Of a DNA stretch of 64,000 nt, positions 38,342 to 47,327 are shown piece after piece (positions within the stretch are counted from its first letter, which is position 1; the number at the start of each line of letters is the position of its first letter). The notes beneath the pieces were generated by a model. The model was given only the letters and a program-made list of their open reading frames with translations, was not told where the DNA came from and ran no database searches. The DNA lies in NCBI GenBank assembly GCA_963666515.2, contig OY762897.2, forward strand, positions 1,568,001 through 1,632,000. The letters are read 5' to 3'. The translations under genes were made by a program, and so were the position numbers. This DNA comes from Candidatus Binatia bacterium (GTDB lineage Bacteria > Desulfobacterota > Binatia > UBA9968 > JAJDTQ01).

Positions 38342-39754
38342 ATGAGCCAGCCCCAATCATTCATACGCGAAACCTGGGAGACGAGCATCGTTCCGGCGCT
38401 GAAGGAATACATCGCCATCCCCGCCGAGTCTCCGGCCTTCGACGCGGAGTGGCAGGAGCACGGACACGTGGACCGGGCGGTGGATCTCTTCAGGCAGTGG
38501 GCAACGGCCCAGAACGTTCCGGGCCTCGATCTTCACGTGGCCCGGGCGGAAGGCCGTACGCCGCTGCTGCTGATGGAAATACCCGGAACGGGTCGGGGCA
38601 CGGTGTTGCTCTATGGCCACCTCGACAAGCAGCCTCCCATGGAAGGATGGCGGCCGGGGCTCGGGCCGTGGACGCCGGTGCTGGAGGACGGCAAGCTCTA
38701 CGGCCGTGGCGGCGCAGACGACGGCTACGGCATGTTCGCGGCCCTTACGGCCATCAAGGCGCTCAAGCTCGAGTCCATCCCTTGCGCGCGTTGCGTCGTG
38801 ATGATCGAGGCCTGCGAGGAAAGCGGCAGCTTCGATCTCCCCCACTACGTCGATGCGCTGGCGGACCGCATCGGCACGCCCGACCTGGTGGTGTGCCTGG
38901 ACTCGGGGTGCGGCGACTACGAACGGATGTGGGTCACCACCTCCTTGCGGGGCGTGATCAACGCCACGCTGTCGGTCTCGACCCTGACCGAGGGAGTTCA
39001 TTCCGGCGCGGCCAGCGGCATCGTGCCGTCGAGCTTCCGTATCCTCCGGCGCCTGTTGAGCCGCCTGGAGGACCAGGATACCGGCCGGATCCTGCCGCGC
39101 GAACTGCACGTGGAGGTTCCGCCCGACCGGCTTGCTCAGGCCAGGGCCGCGGCCGGGGTACTCGGCGGAGGCGTGCATCGGGAGTATCCCTTCCAACCCG
39201 GCGCCACGCCCGTGGTCGAGGACCCCGCGGAGCTGGTGCTGAACCGCACCTGGCGGCCGCAGCTCGAGATCATCGGCGCCGCAGGTCTGCCCGCGCTGGA
39301 GCAGGCCGGCAACGTCCTTCGCCCGGAAACACGGGCGAGGCTGTCCCTGCGCCTTCCCCCTACCGCCGACCCCGATGCCGCGGTGGCCTGCATGAAGGAA
39401 ACGTTGACCAAGGACCCGCCCTACGGCGCCAGGGTGACCTTCGAGCCGGGACAGGGCACCGGCGGCTGGAACGCGCCGGCGTTCGCGCCGTGGCTGGAAG
39501 ACTCGATGTCCCGCGCTTCCCGGGAGTTCTTCGGCAAGGACGCCTGCGCCATCGGCGAGGGCGGCACCATACCCTTCATGGCCATGCTGGCGGAGAAGTT
39601 CCCCGAAGCGCAGTTCATGATCACCGGCGTGCTGGGCCCCAGGTCCAATGCCCACGGCCCCAACGAGTTCCTGCACATCGAGACCGGCATCAACCTCACG
39701 GGTTGCGTGGCGCGGGTGTTGCAGGACCACTGCAGAACTGCCAACGCCGCCTGA
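38342..39754 (+). CDS. M20 family dipeptidase-like metallopeptidase
   Basis: YGHLDKQP, GRGGADDG, CEESGS, NAHGPNE. Confidence 0.92.
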   Translation: MSQPQSFIRETWETSIVPALKEYIAIPAESPAFDAEWQEHGHVDRAVDLFRQWATAQNVPGLDLHVARAEGRTPLLLMEIPGTGRGTVLLYGHLDKQPPMEGWRPGLGPWTPVLEDGKLYGRGGADDGYGMFAALTAIKALKLESIPCARCVVMIEACEESGSFDLPHYVDALADRIGTPDLVVCLDSGCGDYERMWVTTSLRGVINATLSVSTLTEGVHSGAASGIVPSSFRILRRLLSRLEDQDTGRILPRELHVEVPPDRLAQARAAAGVLGGGVHREYPFQPGATPVVEDPAELVLNRTWRPQLEIIGAAGLPALEQAGNVLRPETRARLSLRLPPTADPDAAVACMKETLTKDPPYGARVTFEPGQGTGGWNAPAFAPWLEDSMSRASREFFGKDACAIGEGGTIPFMAMLAEKFPEAQFMITGVLGPRSNAHGPNEFLHIETGINLTGCVARVLQDHCRTANAA

Positions 39755-39958
39755 GGACCTCCCTCCTTTGCGCATCCCCCGGGAAACCGGACGCGAACGG
39801 CATCAAGCCCGTCGACTGTCATTCCAGACGCCGTTGACAAGCTGTCGGCGGAGAGTCTAATGTGTCGCGTCAAACTGCCCGTCACCATCGCCGCAACTGC
39901 CGAGCCGGCCGCGATGAAGACTATTGGACGAGCAGGTCACCAACACAGGAGGTTTGAT

Positions 39959-41023
39959 ATGGGCTACCGCTCGCTGCGGAAACGATTTCTTCCGATATTG
40001 TGCTGCCTTGTCATCGGAGCCGTCACGTTGGGCGGCCCGTCCAGCAGTTCGGCCGCAGATGACATGTTCTTCAAGGGCAAGACCATCCGCATCGTGGTGG
40101 CGTTCTCCGTCGGCGGCGGTTTCGACCTCTATTCGCGTGCCATAGGCCGGCACATGGGCCGCTACATTCCGGGAAATCCGAGTTTCCTGGTACAGAACAG
40201 GACCGGAGCCGGGGGACTCATCTCAGCCAATTACGTCTACAGAAAGGCCAAACCCGACGGCCTGACCATCGGGAACTTCCCCGGCAGCCTCTTTTGGGCA
40301 CGTCTCTACGGACAGAAGGGAATCCAGTTCGTTTCCAGCAAGTACGAGTTCATCGGGGTCCCGGAATCGACCATCTCCGTTTGCGCCTTCACCAAGGCGA
40401 GCGGCATCACGGACGTCGACAAGTGGATGAACTCGCCGAGACCGGTCAAGCTGTCCGGCACGGGTCCCGGCAATTCCACCAACGACGGCCCCAGACTGCT
40501 CAACGCCGCGCTCGGTCTGCCCATCAAGCTGATCGAGGGTTATGGAGGCGCGCCGGGGATGCTTCTGGCGGCAGAGAAGGGCGAGGTGGACGGCATCTGT
40601 GGACTGAGCTGGACGGCCCTGACCGCCACCTGGGGAGCGAAGTTCAAGTCCGGGGAAGCGGTGCCGGTGCTGCAGATGTCTCCGAAGAAGCATAGCGCGC
40701 TTCCGGACGTACCCCTGGACATCAGCTTCGCCAAGACCGACGAGGCGCGGCTCCTCATCAAGACCGGCATCCACGATCCCGCCGCGCTCACCCGCATTTA
40801 CGCACTGCCTCCGGGTACGCCGCCGGAGCGCGTGGAGATCCTGCGGACGGCTTTCATGAAGACGATGCGGGATCCGCAATTCCTGGCGGATGCCAAGAAG
40901 ACGCGCCTGTACATCGACCCTTCGCCCAGTACCGAGGTGCTCAAGGTCGTCAAGTCACTGGACGCTCTGTCACCCGAAGTGGTCCAGAAGCTGAAAGGCA
41001 TTCTCTTTCCGAAGAGGAAGTAA
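39959..41023 (+). CDS. Tripartite tricarboxylate transporter substrate-binding protein (Bug/TctC-like)
   Basis: AGGAGG RBS, signal peptide, GKTIRIVV..GGGFD, QNRTGAGG, KPDGLT, PPGTP. Confidence 0.88.
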   Translation: MGYRSLRKRFLPILCCLVIGAVTLGGPSSSSAADDMFFKGKTIRIVVAFSVGGGFDLYSRAIGRHMGRYIPGNPSFLVQNRTGAGGLISANYVYRKAKPDGLTIGNFPGSLFWARLYGQKGIQFVSSKYEFIGVPESTISVCAFTKASGITDVDKWMNSPRPVKLSGTGPGNSTNDGPRLLNAALGLPIKLIEGYGGAPGMLLAAEKGEVDGICGLSWTALTATWGAKFKSGEAVPVLQMSPKKHSALPDVPLDISFAKTDEARLLIKTGIHDPAALTRIYALPPGTPPERVEILRTAFMKTMRDPQFLADAKKTRLYIDPSPSTEVLKVVKSLDALSPEVVQKLKGILFPKRK

Positions 41024-41066
41024 CCCGCGCAGGAAGTAAGTCATTGGACAAAGGAGGGACCCAGAC

Positions 41067-42074
41067 ATGAGCGAAAGAAACGGGCGTAAGCGTTTGTCAC
41101 ACTGGACGACGTGCGCGGTGCTGGCCGTCGTCCTGGCGGTGCCGTCCGTTGCCGCGGCCGCGGATGCCGTGCAGCTCCGGTTCGCGACGGTGGGCATTGG
41201 ATCGGCCTGGTACAACTACGGCGCCGGCATCGCCGACCTGGTGAAGCCCAATCTTCCCAAGGGCTCGACGGTGGACGTGCTGCCGATCGCGGGCACCGTC
41301 GGAAACATGAAACTGCTGCAATCCGGTGAGACCGAGTTGGGCCTCAGCTTTCCCAACGTGGCCGCGGAGGGCTGCGGCGGGTTCGGCTCGTTCGACAAGA
41401 AGACCGACAAGGTGCGCGGGCTCATGGGCGGGCTCGACACGTACTACTACGGCACCTTCGTTACGGTGAAGTCCGGAATCAATTCCTGGGACGAGCTCGC
41501 CGCCGGCAAGGCACGGATGACCACGACGAGGGTCGGCGGTTCCGGCGAGTTGGGGCTGCGCCAGATCCTCGCGCTCTATGGGAGCAGCAAGAAGGACGTG
41601 GCCGCGAAGGGAGGCTCCGTCAAGTCATTGAAGCGACCGGCCACGGCCGCCGCCATCGCCGACGGCAAGGCCGATAGTTGGTCCCACGTCGTAACCAAGG
41701 GACATCCCGTAGCCACCGAGCTGACGACCCTCGCGGACATGAAGATGCTGCCGCTCTCGGACGCCGTGATCAAGGGGATGGTCGAGAAGCACGGCTGGGT
41801 GGAGGCGGTCATTCCGCCCAACACGTACAAGGGCCAGACCGGTCCCATCAAGACCGTCAAGGCGGCCACCAACATCATGATTCGCGAAGGCGTTTCCGAC
41901 GAAGTCGCCTACATCATCACCAAGACGATCATCGAGAACGCCGAGAAGGTCCGTAAGGTTCACGCCGGCCTTTCCGGCTTCGACCCGAAGGGCGTGGCCA
42001 GCGCCGGGCTCGTGGGCAACTGCCCGTTCCATCCCGGCGCCGCCAAGTACTACAAAGAGAAGGGCATGATGTAG
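41067..42074 (+). CDS. TAXI-family TRAP solute-binding protein
   Basis: ATVGIGSAWY, GTVGNM, IPPNTY, PFHPGAAKYY. Confidence 0.9.
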   Translation: MSERNGRKRLSHWTTCAVLAVVLAVPSVAAAADAVQLRFATVGIGSAWYNYGAGIADLVKPNLPKGSTVDVLPIAGTVGNMKLLQSGETELGLSFPNVAAEGCGGFGSFDKKTDKVRGLMGGLDTYYYGTFVTVKSGINSWDELAAGKARMTTTRVGGSGELGLRQILALYGSSKKDVAAKGGSVKSLKRPATAAAIADGKADSWSHVVTKGHPVATELTTLADMKMLPLSDAVIKGMVEKHGWVEAVIPPNTYKGQTGPIKTVKAATNIMIREGVSDEVAYIITKTIIENAEKVRKVHAGLSGFDPKGVASAGLVGNCPFHPGAAKYYKEKGMM

Positions 42075-42087
42075 GCTTCGACGCCCC

Positions 42088-44016
42088 GTGCCCATTGTTC
42101 TACCCACCATACCGGCGCGCGTCGTCCGCTACGTCTACGCGGGCACCGCGCTGGTATGGTGCTTCGCGCAGTTCCTGCCGCTGTACACGGGCGGATACGA
42201 ATACGACATCGTTCTGCTGGGCACGCACGTCGGCTCGGCGGTGACCGTCGCCTTGCTCGTCAACGGGTTCGCCGGCGCAAGGCGGCGCGAGGAGGAAGGC
42301 ATTCCCCTTCTCGACGCGATCCTGGTCGCCGCCGTGCTCGCCTGCACCGCGTATTTCGTGAGTCAGGGCCAGAGGGTGGCGGAACGCACGGAGGGTGTGG
42401 ACGCCGTCTTTGCTCTCGACTACGTCGCCGGCATCGTCTTCATCGCGGTCCTGTTGGAAGCATGCCGGCGGGCGGCCGGCATCACGCTCACGCTGGTGGG
42501 GGCGGCTTTCATCGTCTACGTCTTCACCGGACCCTGGCTGCTCGATCTGATTGCCCATCGCGGCATGTCCCTCAAGCGGTTCGTCGACCTCCAGGTGCTC
42601 TCTACGTCGGGCATGTTCGGGACGCCGGTGTCGGCGTCGGCGAACATGGTCTTCTACTTCGTGCTGGTGGGGGCATTTCTCGAACGTTCGGGGGCGGGCA
42701 AGCTGTTCGTCGACATCGCCTATGGCGCCACCGCCCGCTCCTGGGGCGGCGCCGGGAAGGCCGCGGTCATCGCCTCCGGCCTGTTCGGGACGGTTTCGGG
42801 CAGCGCCGTGGCCAACGTGCTGCTCAGCGGCCTGATGACCATCCCGCTGATGATCCGCTCGGGCTTCCAGCGCACGCTTGCCGGCGCCATCGAGGCCACC
42901 GCGTCCACCGGGGGCCAGCTCGCGCCGCCCATCATGGGAGCGGCCGCGTTCATTCTCGCCGACGTGGTGGGCGTGCGTTACGTCGAGGTGGTGTCCGCCG
43001 CCATCGTGCCGGCGATACTGTACTACACCTCGCTGTTCCTGCTGGTGCACTTCTACAGCCTGCGCAACGGGCTCAAGCCCGACCTCGATCTGCCGATCCG
43101 GGAGCACCTGGCCGGGCTGGCCGAGCGCTGGCATCTGCTGATTCCGCTGGGCTTCATGGTCTACCTGCTCATCTCCCGATTTTCCCTGATGACCATCGGT
43201 TCCTACACCATCGCCCTCATCGTCGTCGTCAGCGTGCTCCGCAAGGCGACCCGAATGAGACCGGGCGCGATTTTCGAAGCCGTCACCGGCGGCGTGCGCT
43301 CGGCCTCCGAGGTGGCGATTCCTTCGGCCATCGCCGGCATCATCGTGGGCACCCTGGTGCACACCGGCATGGCGCTACGGCTTCAGCGCTGGCTTCTGGA
43401 CATGGCCGGCGACTCGCTGGCCATATCGCTCGCCGGCGCCATGATCCTCACCATCATCCTCGGCATGGGGATGCCGACCGCCGCGGCCTACCTGGTGTCC
43501 GCCATCCTGGTGGCGCCCGCTCTCCAGACCCTCGGCGTGCCGGCCTTGCCGGCGCACCTGTTCATCCTCTATTTCAGCATCCTCTCGATGGTGACGCCGC
43601 CGGTGGCGTTGTCCGCCTTCGCCGCGGCAGGCATCAGCGGCGCCAACATGTGGCGTACCGGCGCACGGGCGTTTCTCCTGGCCGTGCCCGGTTTCCTGAT
43701 CCCCTATGCGTTCACGCTGAACCCCGCATTGCTGCTGCTGGGCGAGACGCGGGAGATCCTTCAGGTGCTCGCCACCGCCCTCGTCGGCGTCACGGTGATG
43801 GCCGCGGCATCAGGCGGCTATCTGTTCGGCCCCCTGTCCATGTTCCTCCGCGTGCCTCTGTTCTGCATGGGGCCACTGCTTATCGTGCCCGATCTGCGGA
43901 CGGACCTCCTGGGGCTGGGCGCGATTGTCGTGATCGTGGCTGCTCAGCTCATCGTCCGGCGCAGGCTCGGCCCGGCCAGCGCCACGCGGGATGCAGAGCC
44001 GGAAACCGGACAGTGA
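42088..44016 (+). CDS. TRAP fused permease (4TM/12TM)
   Basis: SGSAVAN, EATASTGGQLAPPIMG, GMGMPT, TPPVAL. Confidence 0.92.
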   Translation: MPIVLPTIPARVVRYVYAGTALVWCFAQFLPLYTGGYEYDIVLLGTHVGSAVTVALLVNGFAGARRREEEGIPLLDAILVAAVLACTAYFVSQGQRVAERTEGVDAVFALDYVAGIVFIAVLLEACRRAAGITLTLVGAAFIVYVFTGPWLLDLIAHRGMSLKRFVDLQVLSTSGMFGTPVSASANMVFYFVLVGAFLERSGAGKLFVDIAYGATARSWGGAGKAAVIASGLFGTVSGSAVANVLLSGLMTIPLMIRSGFQRTLAGAIEATASTGGQLAPPIMGAAAFILADVVGVRYVEVVSAAIVPAILYYTSLFLLVHFYSLRNGLKPDLDLPIREHLAGLAERWHLLIPLGFMVYLLISRFSLMTIGSYTIALIVVVSVLRKATRMRPGAIFEAVTGGVRSASEVAIPSAIAGIIVGTLVHTGMALRLQRWLLDMAGDSLAISLAGAMILTIILGMGMPTAAAYLVSAILVAPALQTLGVPALPAHLFILYFSILSMVTPPVALSAFAAAGISGANMWRTGARAFLLAVPGFLIPYAFTLNPALLLLGETREILQVLATALVGVTVMAAASGGYLFGPLSMFLRVPLFCMGPLLIVPDLRTDLLGLGAIVVIVAAQLIVRRRLGPASATRDAEPETGQ

Positions 44017-44084
44017 CATGAAAAGATTTCAGGCAAACCGGGGACAGTTGACGGGCCCAAGAGCCCGTCCGAGTAGTCGAACTG

Positions 44085-44109
44085 TAAGGGCGACCCGCGG
44101 TCGCCCTTA
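44085..44109. terminator. Hairpin between convergent genes (terminator or REP-like)
   Basis: TAAGGGCGACC-CGC-GGTCGCCCTTA, perfect 11-bp stem. Confidence 0.55.
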
Positions 44110-44676
44110 GCGAGAGGGTCCGGAGCCGCGTATCCAGCGGGCGAGGCTCTCCAGGGCCATGCGGCGGTGGGACAGTCGGTTCTTCTCGTTGCCAAGCTCG
44201 CCATAGGTCCTGCCGGATGCGCTCTCTGCGATGAAGATGGGATCGTAGCCCCAGCCCCCTCCCCTGCACTCCAGGGCTATGGTCCCGATGACGGCAGAGG
44301 GAAAGCACTCCGGCGAGCCATCCGGACGACAGTAGGAGAACACGGACTGGAACGTCGCGCCCCGGTCCGGCGCCCCTTCCAGGAGTCGCAGGACACCCTC
44401 GTTGCCAACCGTACGAAACACGTACGCCGAATAGGGACCGGGGAAACCACGCAAACCGTCGACGAACAGCCCCGTGTCTTCCACCATGGCGGGACCGCCC
44501 ACCCTCCGGCACGCCTCCCTAGCCTTCTCCGCGGCGATCTCCTCAAGCGTATCCGCCTGGATCTCCCGGAGTTCAAGGGAAGCCATCTCCACGGGGATCT
44601 CGTAGTCCCGGAGGATGGCGCTCACCTCGCTGAACTTGTGCCGGTTGGAAGTGACGAATGTCAGAGGTCTCTGCAC
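44107..44676 (-). CDS. rdgB: Non-canonical purine NTP pyrophosphatase (Ham1/RdgB, archaeal/eukaryote-like signature)
   Basis: FVTSNRHK, EIQAD, EDTGL, FPGPYS, GWGYDPIF, SHR; GTG start at 44676 (the track start overlaps the tRNA). Confidence 0.9.
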   Translation of the reverse strand: MQRPLTFVTSNRHKFSEVSAILRDYEIPVEMASLELREIQADTLEEIAAEKAREACRRVGGPAMVEDTGLFVDGLRGFPGPYSAYVFRTVGNEGVLRLLEGAPDRGATFQSVFSYCRPDGSPECFPSAVIGTIALECRGGGWGYDPIFIAESASGRTYGELGNEKNRLSHRRMALESLARWIRGSGPSR

Positions 44677-44736
44677 GGCATCGAAACGGTGACGGCTGCG
44701 ACGACGAGTCGAAAAGGCGTGTGAAGAAGGTGAGAT

Positions 44737-44813
44737 TGGAGCGGGTGACCGGGGTCGAACCGGCGACCTTATGCTTGGCAAGCATACGCTCTAGCCAACT
44801 GAGCTACACCCGC
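44737..44813 (-). tRNA. tRNA-Gly(GCC)
   Basis: GCGGGTGTAGCTCAGTTGGCTAGAGCG-TATGC TTGCCAA GCATA-...GGTTCGACCCCGGTCACCCGCTCCA; encoded CCA; TTGACA-N17-TAAGCA upstream. Confidence 0.96.
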
Positions 44814-44969
44814 ATCCTTCTCGATGCTTACAGCATCACCCGGGGCTTGTCAACGACTCGGACTCCGGCAGACCCATCCAACCGTGATTCTCGACCGGCC
44901 CGGCCGAGTGCGGTATAGTCACCGGTGCATCCTTGAGAGCGGTTGCCCCGGCGGCGAAGGGGGCTGTGA

Positions 44970-45743
44970 ATGAACAGATTCGGCACCACATACGAAGGAC
45001 CCCTCGGGTCCACGATCCACGTCCTCCGAGCCGATGCGGACACCATTGCGGCGCTAGCCGAAATGGACTGGAGCCGGCGCTTCCGCCGGGTCTGTCTTGA
45101 CCCGGCGAGCGGGCTCATCACGTTGATGTCCCCGTCCCACCTCCACGAGAACCTGTCTGGTATCCTTGACCGCATTCTGGACGTTGCCGGCAGCATGCTC
45201 GCTGGCGCGGCGCAGGGACTTCGCCAGACGCGCCTGCGGGGACCCGGTGATCCGCCGGGAACCGGGATGGAAGCGGATTGCGCGTTCTACTTCGGGGAAC
45301 GCGCCAGGGACTTCCGCGCAACGCTTGTCGAAAGCGATGAAGCCGCCGAAGCGTTTCTGGAGCGGAACGCGCCGGACCTGGTGGTCGAAGTGGAGATCAC
45401 CAACGCGGACGAAGGCAAGGTCGAGCGTTACGCCGCTCTCGGTGTACAGGAGATGTGGCGGCTGCACGGCAGCAAGGGCAACCGGGAGCTGAGCACCGAA
45501 TTCCTCGCGCTGCATGCCGGGCAAGCGCCGAGAACCCTCGATGCGTCGGCATTGCTGCCGGGACTTACGTCCCGGGACATCTGCGAGGCCGTTGACGGCG
45601 TACGCAACAGCGATACCGACGACGAGCGGGCGGCGGCCGTCGCCCGCATCGTGCGCCGCCGCCGGCGTGACAGCTTCCGCGTACGCGAGAAAGAGCCGCC
45701 CTACGCGAATGCTCCCCGCCCGGACCCGGGCGCCGGCGACTGA
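44970..45743 (+). CDS. Uma2/DUF820 family PD-(D/E)xK endonuclease-like protein
   Basis: MSPSHLHE, MEADCAFY, PDLVVEVEIT, KVERYAALGVQEMW. Confidence 0.85.
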   Translation: MNRFGTTYEGPLGSTIHVLRADADTIAALAEMDWSRRFRRVCLDPASGLITLMSPSHLHENLSGILDRILDVAGSMLAGAAQGLRQTRLRGPGDPPGTGMEADCAFYFGERARDFRATLVESDEAAEAFLERNAPDLVVEVEITNADEGKVERYAALGVQEMWRLHGSKGNRELSTEFLALHAGQAPRTLDASALLPGLTSRDICEAVDGVRNSDTDDERAAAVARIVRRRRRDSFRVREKEPPYANAPRPDPGAGD

Positions 45744-45776
45744 CGCACCCATCCGCGGGTACGTTCCGGCGCTCCC

Positions 45777-46337
45777 CTACTCTCCGGCCCGCACGGCCTT
45801 CAGGAACTGCACGAAGTATCCCACCCCGGACCACACGGCGAGGACCGCTGAGAGGACGAGGAACGACATGCCGATGAGGTGGAAGTCGACGCCGAGGTAG
45901 GGATAGTGGATCATCAGGCCCACGAGAGCCACGGTCTGGGCCAGGAGCTTGTACTTGCCGAGCCGTTCCGCGGGGATGACCATGCCTTCCGTGAGAGCGA
46001 TACCGCGCAGGACGGTGACAGCGACTTCCCGCGCAACGATGATGATCACCAGCCAGACGGGCACGTGGGCGTCGCCGGGGCGGTCCACCGCCACCAGCAT
46101 GATGAGGGCGGTGACCACCAGCAGCTTGTCGGCAAGGGGGTCCAGGAGCTTGCCGAAATCGGTGACGCTCTTGTTCCGGCGCGCCAGCCAGCCGTCGAGC
46201 ATGTCCGTGACCGAGGCGACGATGAAGACCAGCGCGGCCAGCGCGCACGACACCGGGTCGGTGAACGCCATCAGGTAGGCCAGGAACGGGACCAGGAGGA
46301 TCCGGAACAGGCTCAGCAGATTCGGCAGTGTCCACAT
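45777..46337 (-). CDS. pgsA: CDP-diacylglycerol--glycerol-3-phosphate 3-phosphatidyltransferase
   Basis: TLPNLLSLFR, TDMLDGWLAR, FGKLLDPLADK, AREVAV. Confidence 0.93.
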   Translation of the reverse strand: MWTLPNLLSLFRILLVPFLAYLMAFTDPVSCALAALVFIVASVTDMLDGWLARRNKSVTDFGKLLDPLADKLLVVTALIMLVAVDRPGDAHVPVWLVIIIVAREVAVTVLRGIALTEGMVIPAERLGKYKLLAQTVALVGLMIHYPYLGVDFHLIGMSFLVLSAVLAVWSGVGYFVQFLKAVRAGE

Positions 46338-46352
46338 GATGCAGGCCAACCC

Positions 46353-47234
46353 TTACGCGGTCGCAGACGACCACCTCGACCACGCGATCAGCAGCACGCC
46401 CAGCACCACCATGGAAGTGGCGAAGACCTTGCGCCGGGTGATCGGGTCGGAGTCGCCCAGGATAAGCGGGGAGAGCCCCAGGGTAAAGAGCGAGAAGCAG
46501 TGGACCAGCGGGGAGACCACCGCCACGTCCGCCATGTCCAGGGCCGTGAACATGAAGAAGTAGGCGACGAAGTGCACGAACCCCACCAGCGCGAAGCAGC
46601 CCAGGGTCGCCCACGCGCAAGTCCTTAGCCGCGCCAGACCGTGGAACGGGAAGTAGGCCGCGGACATGGTCAGGAACGAACTGGTCACCGTGATGGCCGC
46701 CCCCACCATGGGCGCCGGACCGGCGAGAAGCCCGAGCCGGACCACGTTGTCGCGCAAACCCGCGAACATCGCTCCCGCTACCGGGTAGAAGAGGTCCCGG
46801 GGGCGCCAGTATCTCGACTCGCCCTTCCACGACAGGAACACCAGGCCGGAGACAACGGCCAACGCCCCCAGCATGTTGGCCGGACCGGGCCTTTCGTCCA
46901 GCAGCACCATGGCCAGGAGCACGGCGAAGAGTGGCGCCGAATTGAGCACCGCGGTGGCCGCCGCGGCGCCCATCCTCTCGATGCCCTTGAACGCCACCAG
47001 ACGGAACAGCCCCGGAACGATGAGGCCCGAGGCCGCGAAGATCAGGTTGGCCCCGGCCCAAAGCTCCGAGAGATCATGAAAGGTGAAGACGAAGAGCCAC
47101 AGCACCAGCCCGTTGAAGAAGAGGTCCACCACCAGGCCGCTGAAGGGATCGAGATCCCGCACGCCTCGGTGAACCAGCGTTGCCGTGCAGGCGAAGGCAA
47201 GGGAGGCCAGCAGGCCCAGGGCGACGGGGAGCAT
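46353..47234 (-). CDS. EamA/DMT family transporter
   Basis: About 10 TM helices in two repeats, from MLPVALG; the longer ORF-track extension is a shadow frame of tctA. Confidence 0.85.
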   Translation of the reverse strand: MLPVALGLLASLAFACTATLVHRGVRDLDPFSGLVVDLFFNGLVLWLFVFTFHDLSELWAGANLIFAASGLIVPGLFRLVAFKGIERMGAAAATAVLNSAPLFAVLLAMVLLDERPGPANMLGALAVVSGLVFLSWKGESRYWRPRDLFYPVAGAMFAGLRDNVVRLGLLAGPAPMVGAAITVTSSFLTMSAAYFPFHGLARLRTCAWATLGCFALVGFVHFVAYFFMFTALDMADVAVVSPLVHCFSLFTLGLSPLILGDSDPITRRKVFATSMVVLGVLLIAWSRWSSATA

Positions 47235-47299
47235 GTCCAGTGGCCTGTAACGTGCATCGCCCGGCGCCGGTTTGAACCCGTCTTGCGCGGGCGGCGCCG

Positions 47300-47327
47300 G
47301 TAGGGGGCAGGGTCGGACCTGCCCTAC
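47300..47327. repeat. REP-like palindrome (GTAG-type)
   Basis: GTAGGGGGCAGGGTCGGACCTGCCCTAC at the tctA stop. Confidence 0.5.

Noticed and set aside
44677-44781. Longer rdgB start from the ORF track
   Set aside because: It overlaps tRNA-Gly; family homology begins right after GTG 44676.
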